Shown here: one piece after another, positions 34,598 through 45,521 of the stretch
How positions within the stretch are numbered: position 1 is the first letter of the stretch
Layout: each line of letters begins with the position of its first letter
Assembly (NCBI RefSeq): GCF_001194135.2
Contig: NC_068991.1
Coordinates: 16,774,618-16,820,138, forward strand
DNA: 45,521 nt
DNA from: Octopus bimaculoides
Taxonomy: Eukaryota
Reading direction: 5' to 3'
Notes under the pieces: model-generated
Databases searched by the model: none
Told to the model about the DNA's origin: nothing
The model's input: the letters and a program-made list of their open reading frames with translations, nothing else
Made by a program: the position numbers and the translations under genes

Positions 34598-35304
34598 NNN
34601 NNNNNNNNNNNNNNNNNNNNNNNNNNNNNNNNNNNNNNNNNNNNNNNNNNNNNNNNNNNNNNNNNNNNNNNNNNNNNNNNNNNNNNNNNNNNNNNNNNNN
34701 NNNNNNNNNNNNNNNNNNNNNNNNNNNNNNNNNNNNNNNNNNNNNNNNNNNNNNNNNNNNNNNNNNNNNNNNNNNNNNNNNNNNNNNNNNNNNNNNNNNN
34801 NNNNNNNNNNNNNNNNNNNNNNNNNNNNNNNNNNNNNNNNNNNNNNNNNNNNNNNNNNNNNNNNNNNNNNNNNNNNNNNNNNNNNNNNNNNNNNNNNNNN
34901 NNNNNNNNNNNNNNNNNNNNNNNNNNNNNNNNNNNNNNNNNNNNNNNNNNNNNNNNNNNNNNNNNNNNNNNNNNNNNNNNNNNNNNNNNNNNNNNNNNNN
35001 NNNNNNNNNNNNNNNNNNNNNNNNNNNNNNNNNNNNNNNNNNNNNNNNNNNNNNNNNNNNNNNNNNNNNNNNNNNNNNNNNNNNNNNNNNNNNNNNNNNN
35101 NNNNNNNNNNNNNNNNNNNNNNNNNNNNNNNNNNNNNNNNNNNNNNNNNNNNNNNNNNNNNNNNNNNNNNNNATATATATATATGTATATATATATATGT
35201 ATATATTTACTTTTATTATTTTATTTGGAACAATAAACTTAGTAGCTCCATCAAAGTTTCTAGACCTTCATAGTCTTATTTCTATATGTAGTCATTACTG
35301 TCCT

Positions 35305-35645
35305 TCTTGTTGTTGCTCAACCCTGGTCCAAACATGATTAAGCTGACCTACAGTCAGAGCTAATTCAGCTGTTATCTACCTCATCATTTTGCATATTTAT
35401 AAAATCTTTGTCCCGTAGGGTGTGCTTTGAGAGATTTACTGTTATGTTTAACAATTTCAGCGACATATTTTGGCTCCTTCAGCTAGTATTGTTTAGCTCG
35501 AAGGCAGCCCTAAGAGACCAGAACTGTGTACAAATGCATGCAAAACCAGTTTTTCTATGTGTACGGAACCTAGGACCATATTATTGAAGTTGTTCTTTTG
35601 TGTGATTTGAGGGAGATTTAACTGCTATATGGAGCAAGTCAAGCA
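35305..35645 (-). repeat. Tandem pair of diverged family I copies
   Basis: Two (gtt)-led units, each ending gtgatttgag.gagattt..ctg.tat. Confidence 0.5.
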
Positions 35646-36208
35646 AGTGCACAAAAGCTGCCATTGCTTGCTCAGTCACCCTAAGTATTTATTTGTAGCA
35701 TTAATATTTGCTGGTGTCTTTTTGGCAAGAATCATGAGCATGAATGTTGTATTTATGATGTTTGCATTTATTTTGTTTTATGTTTTACCTTTTTTTTGTA
35801 ACAGAGCATAATTAAAATCTGTATTTCTTGATAACTATAAGAATGCAGCTATGACACATATCACCAATACCTACACCATCCAGAAGATGAGACCATGATG
35901 GTCCAGAACTATTGATTGGCTGAGAGACTTAATTGTTCCACAGAAAATGCATAGGGCTCATAAGGAAATTTAAAGAACGTTTTACTAGTACATACACACA
36001 CATACACACATATGCACACATGTACATACACACCATTCATGTGTATGCATGTGTATATTTTATATATATTTATGCATGTGCCTTTATATACATATACCTC
36101 TACATCTATATGTATATATATACATGTGTGTATGTGTATACATTATAAATATATCTGTGTTTAAGTGTGTGTTTATGTAGGTATATATGTAAATATACAT
36201 ACATACAC

Positions 36209-36301
<93 letters not shown>

Positions 36302-36759
36302 TGTATAGGTATCTGTATATCACACACACACTGACGTGTGATATACACAAACACTGATGATGAACAAAGTAGGACTAATGACAAAATAAAAAAGGGAAAG
36401 ACAGTCCTGCCTCACCCTACCAAATATAATTCAAGAGGAAAAAAATCTCTTCCAAAATGGCTGGACAGATAGACAGGTAGGATGGCAAGATGACAAAGAA
36501 AAAAAAATGTCTGAAACTCCCAAAAAGTGTGGGGATGTGGGGGCCAGCGGTGTCAAAGATCTTCAAATATTCGGTAGATGATCAAATTTCCCTTTTAACT
36601 TGGACTGGTATGTGGTTTTGGTCGGCACTGGTGAGGTAGTCTGCATTGTTATGATGGATGGTAAATTACTGAAGGCAAACTGAAAGAAGAAAATATTACT
36701 ATTAATGCAGTAAATTAATCAATTAATTTCATATATAATCTATATATTTGGACATTTAA

Positions 36760-36810
36760 TATAAAAATTCTAATTTTAAGACTGATGTTCCAAACTTTTG
36801 GCCTTGACTG
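36760..36810 (-). mobile_element. Isolated Tc1-type TIR end
   Basis: Minus strand cagtcaaggccaaaagtttggaaca, typical of a Tc1 terminus, next to (TA)n. The partner TIR was not seen. Confidence 0.4.
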
Positions 36811-36847
36811 GATATATATACATATACATATATATATATATATATAC

Positions 36848-37013
36848 ACTCTCAGAGTGGTTGGCGTTAAGAAGGGCATCCAGTTGTAGAAACTCTGCCA
36901 GATCAGATTGGAGCCTGGTGCAGCCATCCACTTTACCAGTCCTCAGTCAAATTGTCCAACCCATGCTAGCATGGAAAGTGGACGTTAAATGACGACGACG
37001 ACGATGATGATGA
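36848..37013 (+). mobile_element. Family D 3' part
   Basis: Same motif as 24272-24428, with (gac/gat)n tail. Confidence 0.75.
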
Positions 37014-37399
37014 TTATATATATATTATAAAATCTGGTAATTAACCATATATTAATTAATATCGATTAATTATCAGGAGGCCAGCACATCTGGTATGCTG
37101 CTATATTTCATGTTGAGAACAATTTAAGTCTTAATAGACACAAGACGTGATCTATTTCTAGTGCATTAATTGTCCACGTTAGTGGTCGACGTTATTTTTT
37201 AANNNNNNNNNNNNNNNNNNNNNNNNNNNNNNNNNNNNNNNNNNNNNNNNNNNNNNNNNNNNNNNNNNNNNNNNNNNNNNNNNNNNNNNNNNNNNNNNNN
37301 NNNNNNNNNNNNNNNNNNNNNNNNNNNNNNNNNNNNNNNNNTGAATATATATATGTATATATATATATATATAATATATATATATCACTTGACCATTTT

Positions 37400-37635
37400 C
37401 ATCATCATCATCATCGTTTAACGTCCGCTTTCCATGCTAGCATGGGTTGGACGATTTGACTGAGGACTGGTGAACCAAGTGGCTACACCAGGCTCCAATC
37501 TGATTTGGCAGAGTTTCTACAGCTGGATGCCCTTCCTACCGCCAACCACTCCAAGAGTGTAGTGGGTGCTTTTACGTGCCACCGGCACGAAGGCCAGTCA
37601 GGCGGCACTGGCAATGGCCACGCTCGAAATGGTGT
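37400..37635 (-). mobile_element. Family D element
   Basis: Reverse complement of 23580-23790. Confidence 0.75.
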
Positions 37636-37699
37636 ATTTTAAACTATAATAATTTTTTTACAATTACTTTTTCCATTTTTTTCTGTTTCTTATGTAATT

Positions 37700-38904
37700 C
37701 TTGGAAAATAAACATAGAAAAATTCATGACTGAGCAACAAGTAAAAGTAATGAAATTTTATCTACAAAAATCAACAGTGAGTTGTGCAAACCCAAAGAGC
37801 TTACATTTGTTGTTTTCAGGCTGGACAGCTACCATCTAAACAAAGACTACTCAACATATTTCAACTGTTTGAACAACAAGGGGTTGTGATTGATTTACCA
37901 TGTTTGGGAAGGCCACATTCAGGAAGGTCTCAGGACAACATTCAGTGTGTACAGGGGAGCATAGAAGAAGAGCCTCCAACATCAACCTGAAGATAGTCCC
38001 AGCAGTGGGGTATATACTGAAGGTGGTCCCAACAGCTGGGCATATCTCGAAGCTTACTACAGAAGATTTAAAGGATGCTGAATATATTCCCACATAAAGT
38101 GTATCTAGTGCAGGAACCAAGACCAGCAGATTATTGGGTACAATTAGTGTATGCTGCCCAAATCAAGGAACTCTAAATACAATTGGTCCACATGCTCACC
38201 TGATTTATGGCTTCAGGCTTTTTTCTTGTGGGAATATCTGAAAGAGTATCCCACAAGAAATCTTGGACCAGCTAGCAATTTAAGGATAAGAAATTGAAGG
38301 AGTAAGTCAAGAAAATATTACAAATAGTGATGGAATACTCCTTAGAAAGAGTTCACCATTGTCAAGAAAGAAATGATAGCCATTTGGAGGAACAATTTTC
38401 AAAACTAATTAAAAATGTTATCCAGGAGTGGCTGTGTGGTAAGTAGCTTGCTTACCAGCCACATGGTCCCGGGTTCATTCCCACTGCATGGCACCTTGGG
38501 CAAGTGTCTTCTACTATAGCCTCAGGCCGACCAAAGCCTTGTGAGTGGATTTGGTAGACGGAAACTGAAAGAAGCCCGTCGTATATATGTATATATATAT
38601 ATATATGTACGTATGTGTGTGTATATGTTTGTGTCTGTGCTTGTCCCCCCAACATCGCTTGACAACTGATGCTGGTGTGTTTACGTCCCCGTAACTTAGC
38701 GGTTCGGCAAAAGAGAACGATAGAATAAGTACTAGGCTTCCAAAGAATAAGTCCTGGGGTCGATTTACTCGACTAAAGGCGGTGCTCCAGCATGGCTGCA
38801 GTCAAATGACTGAAACAAGTAAAAGAGTAAGAAAAATGTGAATATTCAATAAACCAAAGGGTTGTTATATTTTGAAAAGGATTAGCGACTTTTGGACCAC
38901 CTTG
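37700..38904 (+). mobile_element. Degenerate Tc1/mariner (maT/DD37D-like) element interrupted by a SINE
   Basis: N-terminal PSKQRLLNIFQLFEQQGVVIDLPCLGRPHSGRSQDNIQCV; C-terminal WSTCSPDLWLQAFFLWEYLK (cf. WPPRSPDL..DFFLWGYLK) and RNDSHLE; right TIR acttttggaccaccttg followed by TA (ends 38904). Left TIR not found. Confidence 0.7.
38423..38830 (+). mobile_element. SINE family C, full length
   Basis: Same organisation as 1742-2150. Confidence 0.85.
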
Positions 38905-38934
38905 TATATATTATATATATGCAAGACATACATA

Positions 38935-39305
38935 TTATAGTTGTATGGTTGAGAAGCTTGCTTTCAGACCATGCAGTCTCAGGTTCAGTCCTACTACACA
39001 ACACCTTCAGCATGTGTCTTCTACTATAGCCCTGACCCAGCCAAAATCTTGTCAGTGGATTTGGTTGACACAAATCCTTTGTGTGTGTGTGTGTGTATAC
39101 CCTTGTGCATCTTACCTTGACATCATGAGAGTTTGTTAATATCCAGCCTTGCATAAAAAAAACGTGTCTGACCATAGTAAACTTTACCTTACTTGGAAAG
39201 GGTTGGCAATAGGAAGGGCTTCCAGCCATAGAAGACTGCCTCAAAAATTCCATCTGATACATGCAAGCATGGAAAAGTGGATGTTAGATGATGATGATGA
39301 TGATG
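38935..39305 (+). mobile_element. Family C head + module F SINE with (GAT)n tail
   Basis: Parallel to 8910-9325. Confidence 0.65.
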
Positions 39306-39386
39306 GTTATATACTATATATATTAGACCGAATGAGATAACAAACCCAAGGCTGAGAGGAGTTTTCAGGACATTTATAAGGAAATA

Positions 39387-39434
39387 GTCTTACAGCTGTT
39401 TCTGGGATATTATGGATATCCCTTCATCAGAGAT
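39387..39434 (-). ncRNA. Minimal type I hammerhead ribozyme-like motif (Penelope/retrozyme type), probably decayed
   Basis: Minus strand AUCU-CUGAUGA-A-GGGAUAU-CCAUA-AUAUCCC-A-GAAA-C-AGCU-GUA-AGAC: full catalytic core, 7-bp helix II, palindromic helix III (ACAGCUGU), GUA cleavage triplet, 3-bp helix I. Confidence 0.7.
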
Positions 39435-39571
39435 GGTGTGAGAAAATATTTGAGTTCGAATTATTGAGGAAAAGATAACAAATATAGAGGGAAATAAGAG
39501 AATGAAAATAGAAATAAGATATATAAAGATATATATAAAGATATTGTATATTGTATATATATATATATATA

Positions 39572-39758
39572 CATGCGTATAAGAAGGGATGACCACTAGG
39601 TGGTCATCCAATATGCGAGAAAGAGATCATCAACGACCCAACCACAAAAGAAAAATTTTTTCTGAAGAACATGATTTTTCTTTTGTGGTTGGGTCGTTGA
39701 TGACCTCTTTCTAGCATATTAGATGACCACCTAGTGGTCATCCCTTCTTATATGCAAG
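39572..39758. mobile_element. Foldback MITE (TA TSD, Tc1/mariner-type)
   Basis: 83-bp arms 39574-39656 and 39674-39756 with 4 mismatches and a 17-nt loop; TA at 39570-71 and 39759-60. Confidence 0.85.
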
Positions 39759-39847
39759 TAATACAATTTTTCTGAATTATCAGATTTTTTTTATATGCTA
39801 GACCACTGGTTTTAAATTGAAATTAATATTCAATTTATCACCCTCAG

Positions 39848-39898
<51 letters not shown>

Positions 39899-40249
39899 AT
39901 GGTGGAAGTCGTTTATTGTTGCCACTTTGAGATGAAAACTTCTAGATAGCATTAATTGGCTGATAACTTTAAGCAGTGGATGTAAATACTTGTACAATCA
40001 ATATATTGATACCTTTATCTCTAATTACCCTTCTTCCTATCTTTATGTATTTGTGTGTGTGTGTGTGTGTGTGTATGAGGGAGAGAGAAAGAGAAGATTT
40101 GTGGTTAGAGTAACTTCCCTGTCAAAAAGAGGGTGATGTGGAGAAGGGGATGGCAGAGTTCTCTGGAAGAAAACTAGTAGAGTGGGGGAGCAGCAAAGAG
40201 CAAAATCAAATAAAAAGAAGAGAAACTAGAGTCAGGTTTACTTAGCAAT

Positions 40250-41560
40250 GGGAGAAACCAAAAGTGAGACATTTACTAATGTTCTACATTGTGATGATAC
40301 GAAGTGTGAAGGATTCTGGCTTCAGGTGCAGTATACCACAAATAGATTATGTTGAAAGATCATTAGGAAAGCTGTATTCAGAATGATAGTGGTACACTTG
40401 CACTTACCAATGCCCAAAAGAAAGAAGTTGCTATGAGATACCTTTGAATGAGGTATATTCAAGGATGAGAGAGAGAGTCTATCCAAAGTGGACCCAATTG
40501 AGGGATTAGCTGAACCTGAGACCAAGTTGGACAGCAGTATGGTAAATAGAGCAATTAAGAATATGAAAACAGGGAAGGGAGTTGATCCATCAAGGATAGT
40601 CGTTGAAATGATTGAAATATCAAGCAGAGTAGGACATGTGCGAGTCCCTTGAAACAGTAACACAGATAAGATTGAGACTCAATCACCATTGTAGTAGTAT
40701 TATCATCAACTGTTCTTTTGGTGAAGGTGATGCACAGGAGAGAGAGGCTATGGCAAGGGCATCGAATTGTTGAGCCAGGTAAAGAAAGTTACAGGAAAGA
40801 GTTGTCGGTGAATTGATTAGGAAGAGTATTAACCTAGATTAAATGCAGTTTGAATTTTGTACCAGCAATAGTAATGACTTTCATCATCTTCATAGGGAGG
40901 CAACTGCAGGTGAAGTAATTAGATAGCATCAAGCCCCTATATTTGGCAGTTATTGTTCCAAGAGAAAGCTTTTGACAATGTTTCCTAGTTATCTAGTTGA
41001 CCAAGTAAGTAATGGGAGTGGATGTTCTGCAAACATAATAGCTAGAATAAGATTGGGCTGATACATAGTTCAAGGAGTTATGATTTCTGCTGGTGATAAA
41101 GGGTTTCCTCCAAGTGAAGGATAGATTTGATAAGGTTTCTGTTTGAAGTACTATGCTGTATGGTAGTTAATTATGGGTCTTGAATGCGAAGGATGTGCAA
41201 AGTTTAGAAAGAGATGAGGTGAGCATGCTTCACTGGATGTATAATGATTGGCAAAATACAAATGATTTAAGAGAAAAACAATATAAAAATGAATCATATG
41301 TGGTGTGCAACAGAGAAGGCTGTGCTGGTATGAGCATGTGATGTGTATGAAAGATGAGAGGTATATAAAGAAGCTAAGTGCTCAAAGTGAATGGAGCCTG
41401 TGGAAGAGGGAAACTCAGAAAAACCTGGGACAAAATGGTGAAAACTGATCTCAAAATGTTGCATCTCACAGAGGAAATGATTAAAGACTGTGATGATTGG
41501 TGACACACAGTGCTTGAGAAAACCTGACCACTCGTGCAAGTATGATGAAGCATATGTTAA
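40250..41560 (+). pseudogene. Heavily degenerate RTE LINE
   Basis: RAIKNMKTGK, MQFEFVP, EKAFDNV and RRLCWYEHVM across broken frames; (gat)-like tail near 41565. Confidence 0.75.
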
Positions 41561-42912
41561 AATGGAGATGGTGATGGTGGCAGGCGTAGCTATTATATCT
41601 GCATCTAAGTCGTTTGCCCATTATGTCCCAGCTATCTTCCTTGTGCCACCTGTTTTGCCTTTTAAATAATCTTTACTTTCTCTTTTCCTCCCTATTCACT
41701 GTATCCTGCCACTTGTGTAATGAGTGAAAACACTGGACCAGTCCATATTCAATTTCCCATACCATCATCCTATATCACTTCATGCATCTCTCTCTCTCCC
41801 TGCACGATGCCCAAGTAACGAGGAATTTTTTGTATCCGATACATCCCTCCATTTATAATCCTGTAATACTTTTATTGACATCTGGCACTCTCTAGCTTTT
41901 GCCATCAAGATTATTCATCATTCAATCTCTCTCTAGTGACAGCTATCATAATCCTTCTATACTCCTAGCCATCACCAACCAATTCTATGATTAACCATTA
42001 CTCACACTACCTTACCAGCAAACATGAAACTGTCATCAGTGCCTCTCTCCCTTTACCTTCTGCCATTACTACCTCTCTCTTTACTCCCTCCCATTTCTAT
42101 TATTTTCCATTAATCCTTATAGTATTGTCTCCTTCATTTTCCACATTGTCACTCAAATTACCCTGTTCCCCGCCACCTCACAGTACAGCTTTTTCCGTCA
42201 TCTCATCAATTGCTTTTCCTTCAGATGATTTCATTGCCTTGAATAGAGACAACATGGAGCAGTGCAGTCTCTTTTATCTTGCAGAATACAAGGAAACCTC
42301 ATTAATGCCACTGCCTCAATAAAATGTATCCAGTACACTCACTAAAGGGGTTTATGAATGAACAGAGACATAGAGTCAAGAGGACACTTCAGTCATGTTC
42401 TGTTGAGAACATGACAATGTTTCTAGTATTGATGCTATGATAGAATGCACCCAGTACACTCTGTATAGTGGTTGATGTTAGAAAGGGTGTCCAGCTAAAG
42501 AAATCATTCCAAAATAGAACATGACAGTGGAACATCATTCACCAATTTGTCTAGGATGGCAATGACTCTGACTAATAGCCACTTCAAACCACGATGATCC
42601 ATCCAAAACATACCCGCTTGGAATCTGGACAAAAAGCTCTGATGATGATTATGATGATGACATTTATATGCACATACATATACATACATCATACACACCA
42701 CACACACACACATAAAATTAATATAGACAGCAGTATGCTATGTTTTACCAAAAAGGAAAACTATAATTGTCACGAAATATGACTAGGGTGTTAGAAACGC
42801 CTACATTGCTAGAAATAAGAGCTAAAATGCTCTAATACTGTAGTCAAAGCACATGATTGTATGCATATATATTGACAGGGACTATAATTGCCCCAAAATA
42901 CCAATCAATATG

Positions 42913-42949
<37 letters not shown>

Positions 42950-43366
42950 CATTACCATACACACACACACTTCATACACACACATACACACATACAAACA
43001 CATAAACATGAACACGCAAACACATGTATATGCAGAATACATACATACATACATACATACAAATGTACTCACATGCATACATATATATTTGCATACACAT
43101 ACATGCATGCACATACATACATACATATGTGTATACACATGCACAGTGATGCACACACATGTGCACAAGCGAACAAACAAAAAGAACGCACCTCTGATAA
43201 CAGACAGAGTCAACAACTATTGAAAAGGTTGCAAAATGCAACAAACATTTTAGAGGAAATAAATAAGTGAATGAGTGGAAATTGAACCAGTGAGTGTGTT
43301 AAGGCACTAAAAGAGAATGACTCTCCCCAGACACAATAATATATAAATAAATAAATAAATAAATAA

Positions 43367-43402
<36 letters not shown>

Positions 43403-43849
43403 ACTACACAATATTGTTAGCCACACTGACCAACTTAACATACCAGTACCTCTGCTCCTAGCACCAGTATATATGATTCCACCACCACCACCATCACCAC
43501 CACCACAAGTGCTATCCACTAACATCACAGTATACCTACCACATCTCCATAGCTAGCGCGCCTGCTGGATTGATCTTGCCACTGTCTCTGTAGGGAGCAT
43601 AAGCAATAAATAATTAGAAGCGGTAGTAAAGGTAGTAGTAGTTTTTGTTGTAGTAATAGTCGTAGTGGTTGATGTAATTGATTAGTAATGATTAGTGCAG
43701 TTGGGAGTGATGGGGAAGGTGAGAGTGATTGGGGAGTGTTGTTGGGAAAGTGAATTCAGTAGAGTCATTGTTGTTTGTTGTTGTGACAGTGGAGGTGGTG
43801 GTGGCTGTGGTGATAGTGGTATGGAGAAAAGCACATATAGTAGGGGCTG

Positions 43850-44420
43850 ATAGTAAAGTTAACAAACTGAGAGTCAGCAATGATTATAAGGGCAGATTTA
43901 GCATGCAAGTGGGCATCCACCAAGACACAGTATTCAGCCCACTTCTGTTCACCTACGTCATGCAGGCTACAACAGAGGAGTCTAAGAATGGCTGTCCATT
44001 GGTACTCCTGTATACTGATTATTTAGTTCTTATAGTTGAATCAATGAAAGATTTAGACAAAAAATTCCCAACTTGGAAGTAAAACCTGGAAAAGTAAACT
44101 TAACAAAGACTAAAGTTATAGTAAGTAGGAATACAAGACCGTGTTACCATCAGGGACATGGCTATACTCAATATGCAGAAAAGTAGGTAGAAACTCCATA
44201 GAGTGTACCCTGTGTAAGCCTACAGGCATACAAGAGGTGTAGAAGGATAAGAGGTAGGCTAATGGAGAAGATACACTTCATATGTGGAAGATGCACAGGG
44301 ATAATAGGCATGAATAGAACACAGGGAATAGAATCTCTCAAATGCTTAGATGGTTCCTTAGAAATAGATGATAGCTTTAATTACCTAAATGATTTAATTA
44401 CCTTGGTGATATAATTAGCA
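43850..44420 (+). pseudogene. RTE LINE RT-core fragment
   Basis: VGIHQDTVFSPLLF...CPLVLLYTDYLVLIVES (cf. GVHQGSVLSPLLF...LLYADDL), then KVNLTKTKV and SLKCLDGSLEIDDSFNYL. Confidence 0.8.
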
Positions 44421-44580
44421 GTATGGTGAATATTCTGAAACTGTAGTAACCAGAAAGAAAGAAATTTTGGTCACTATTACATGCAATCTGTATGTGGAAC
44501 AGAAAAATATGCAAGGCTTGTCTCAAGTTTAAAATGTGAAGTTGTCTTTCTTATCTACATTTCAATGATGGAGTTTTGTA

Positions 44581-44640
44581 TCTGTTGTGGTAAGAGTCTC
44601 TCTGTTGTGGTAAGAGTCTCTCTGTTGTGGTAAGAGTCTC
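44581..44640. repeat. Three exact tandem copies of a 20-mer
   Basis: (tctgttgtggtaagagtctc)x3. Confidence 0.95.
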
Positions 44641-44725
44641 ATGCAAGAGTTTGAAGATGAGAGTTTAGGCACCAGACAGTATCTCCCATTTCACTTGTTT
44701 TATTTTCTTCAGCATATATACGCTA

Positions 44726-44755
44726 TAAACTTCAGCATATATATGCTGAAGTTTA
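44726..44755. repeat. Perfect 30-bp palindrome
   Basis: taaacttcagcatatatatgctgaagttta. Confidence 0.95.
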
Positions 44756-45303
44756 GAACAAGATTTTCCAGAAACTTCCATTCATCTCTCCTCCTCCTCT
44801 TTTTACCATACCTTTAATCATCCTGGTGATTCATACATTCACGAATACATCCAATGTAGTCTTCCTTCCTTAAAAGAAAAGTTGGTTGTTATTCAAGTAA
44901 GATTTAGCTGCTGTTTCTAGCAAGACGAGCACCTATATGCATTCACTGTCAGATATTCATCGGAGGATATGAATGAAGGAGGACATAGAAAGATGTGATT
45001 AAATATGAGGATGCTGGGCTTTCCAGGCGAGATAACAGATGATTGAGACAAGCAGTGAAAATCGTTCCACAGAAGACCCATCAAACCTATACCAGCAATG
45101 AAAATATAGCATGTAAAAGGATGGTGATGATAGTGGTGATGGTGATGGTAGTAGTGGAAGTAATGGTGATTATAAAACGATGATAATGATGATATAAAAA
45201 TGATGATATAAATGTTAATGGTGATTATGATGATAGTGATGATGATGGTGGTGGAGGTTACGATGATTATAAAACAATCATAATTATTGGATAAAAATGA
45301 TCA

Positions 45304-45480
45304 GGCATAGGAGTGGCTGTGTGGTAAGTAGCTTGCTTACCAGCCACATGGTTCCGGGTTCAGTCCCACTGCATGGCACCTTGGGCAAGTGTCTTCTACT
45401 ATAGCCTCGGGTCGACCAAAGCCTTGTGAGTGGATTTGGTAGATGGAAACTGAAAGAAGCCCGTCGTATATATGTATATA

Positions 45481-45521
<41 letters not shown>
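45304..45521 (+). mobile_element. SINE family C 5' half, running into (TA)n at the window end
   Basis: aggcataggagtggctgtgtggtaag...gaaagaagcccgtcgtatat. Confidence 0.85.

Noticed and set aside
36540-36575. LKIFDTAG resembling the small-GTPase G3 motif on the minus strand
   Set aside because: It is preceded by an in-frame stop, lacks the following Q/E, and has no other G motifs or splice support.
44581-44640. CRISPR-like array
   Set aside because: The repeats are contiguous without spacers, in a eukaryotic context with no cas genes.

Overview
AT-rich, repeat-saturated eukaryotic scaffold with five N gaps. It is almost certainly cephalopod and most likely Octopus, judged from the abundant tRNA-derived SINE families, RTE LINE remnants and dense (TA)n/(CA)n/(GAT)n microsatellites. 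The one supportable host gene is a + strand Dispatched (disp, RND-family Hedgehog exporter). Three in-phase coding exons can be built (23942-24065, 25656-26157, 27608-30222; about 1,080 aa); the start exon was not found. The rest is SINEs (working labels A-E and I), RTE and CR1/L2-type LINE fragments, Tc1/mariner remnants and MITEs. Top observations: (1) a 108-aa, 66 Lys/Arg, microsatellite-encoded polybasic tract in Dispatched ECD1, ending at the position matching the vertebrate furin site; (2) a minimal type I hammerhead ribozyme motif (39387-39434, - strand); (3) a 211-bp MITE carrying inward-facing TTAGGG/CCCTAA telomeric repeats, inserted into a six-copy head-to-tail SINE array; (4) a perfect 34-bp-arm hairpin and a nested-hairpin foldback MITE; (5) extensive SINE module swapping. 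Repeat boundaries are read by eye and approximate unless a TSD or TIR is quoted. Family names are from recall, not database searches.
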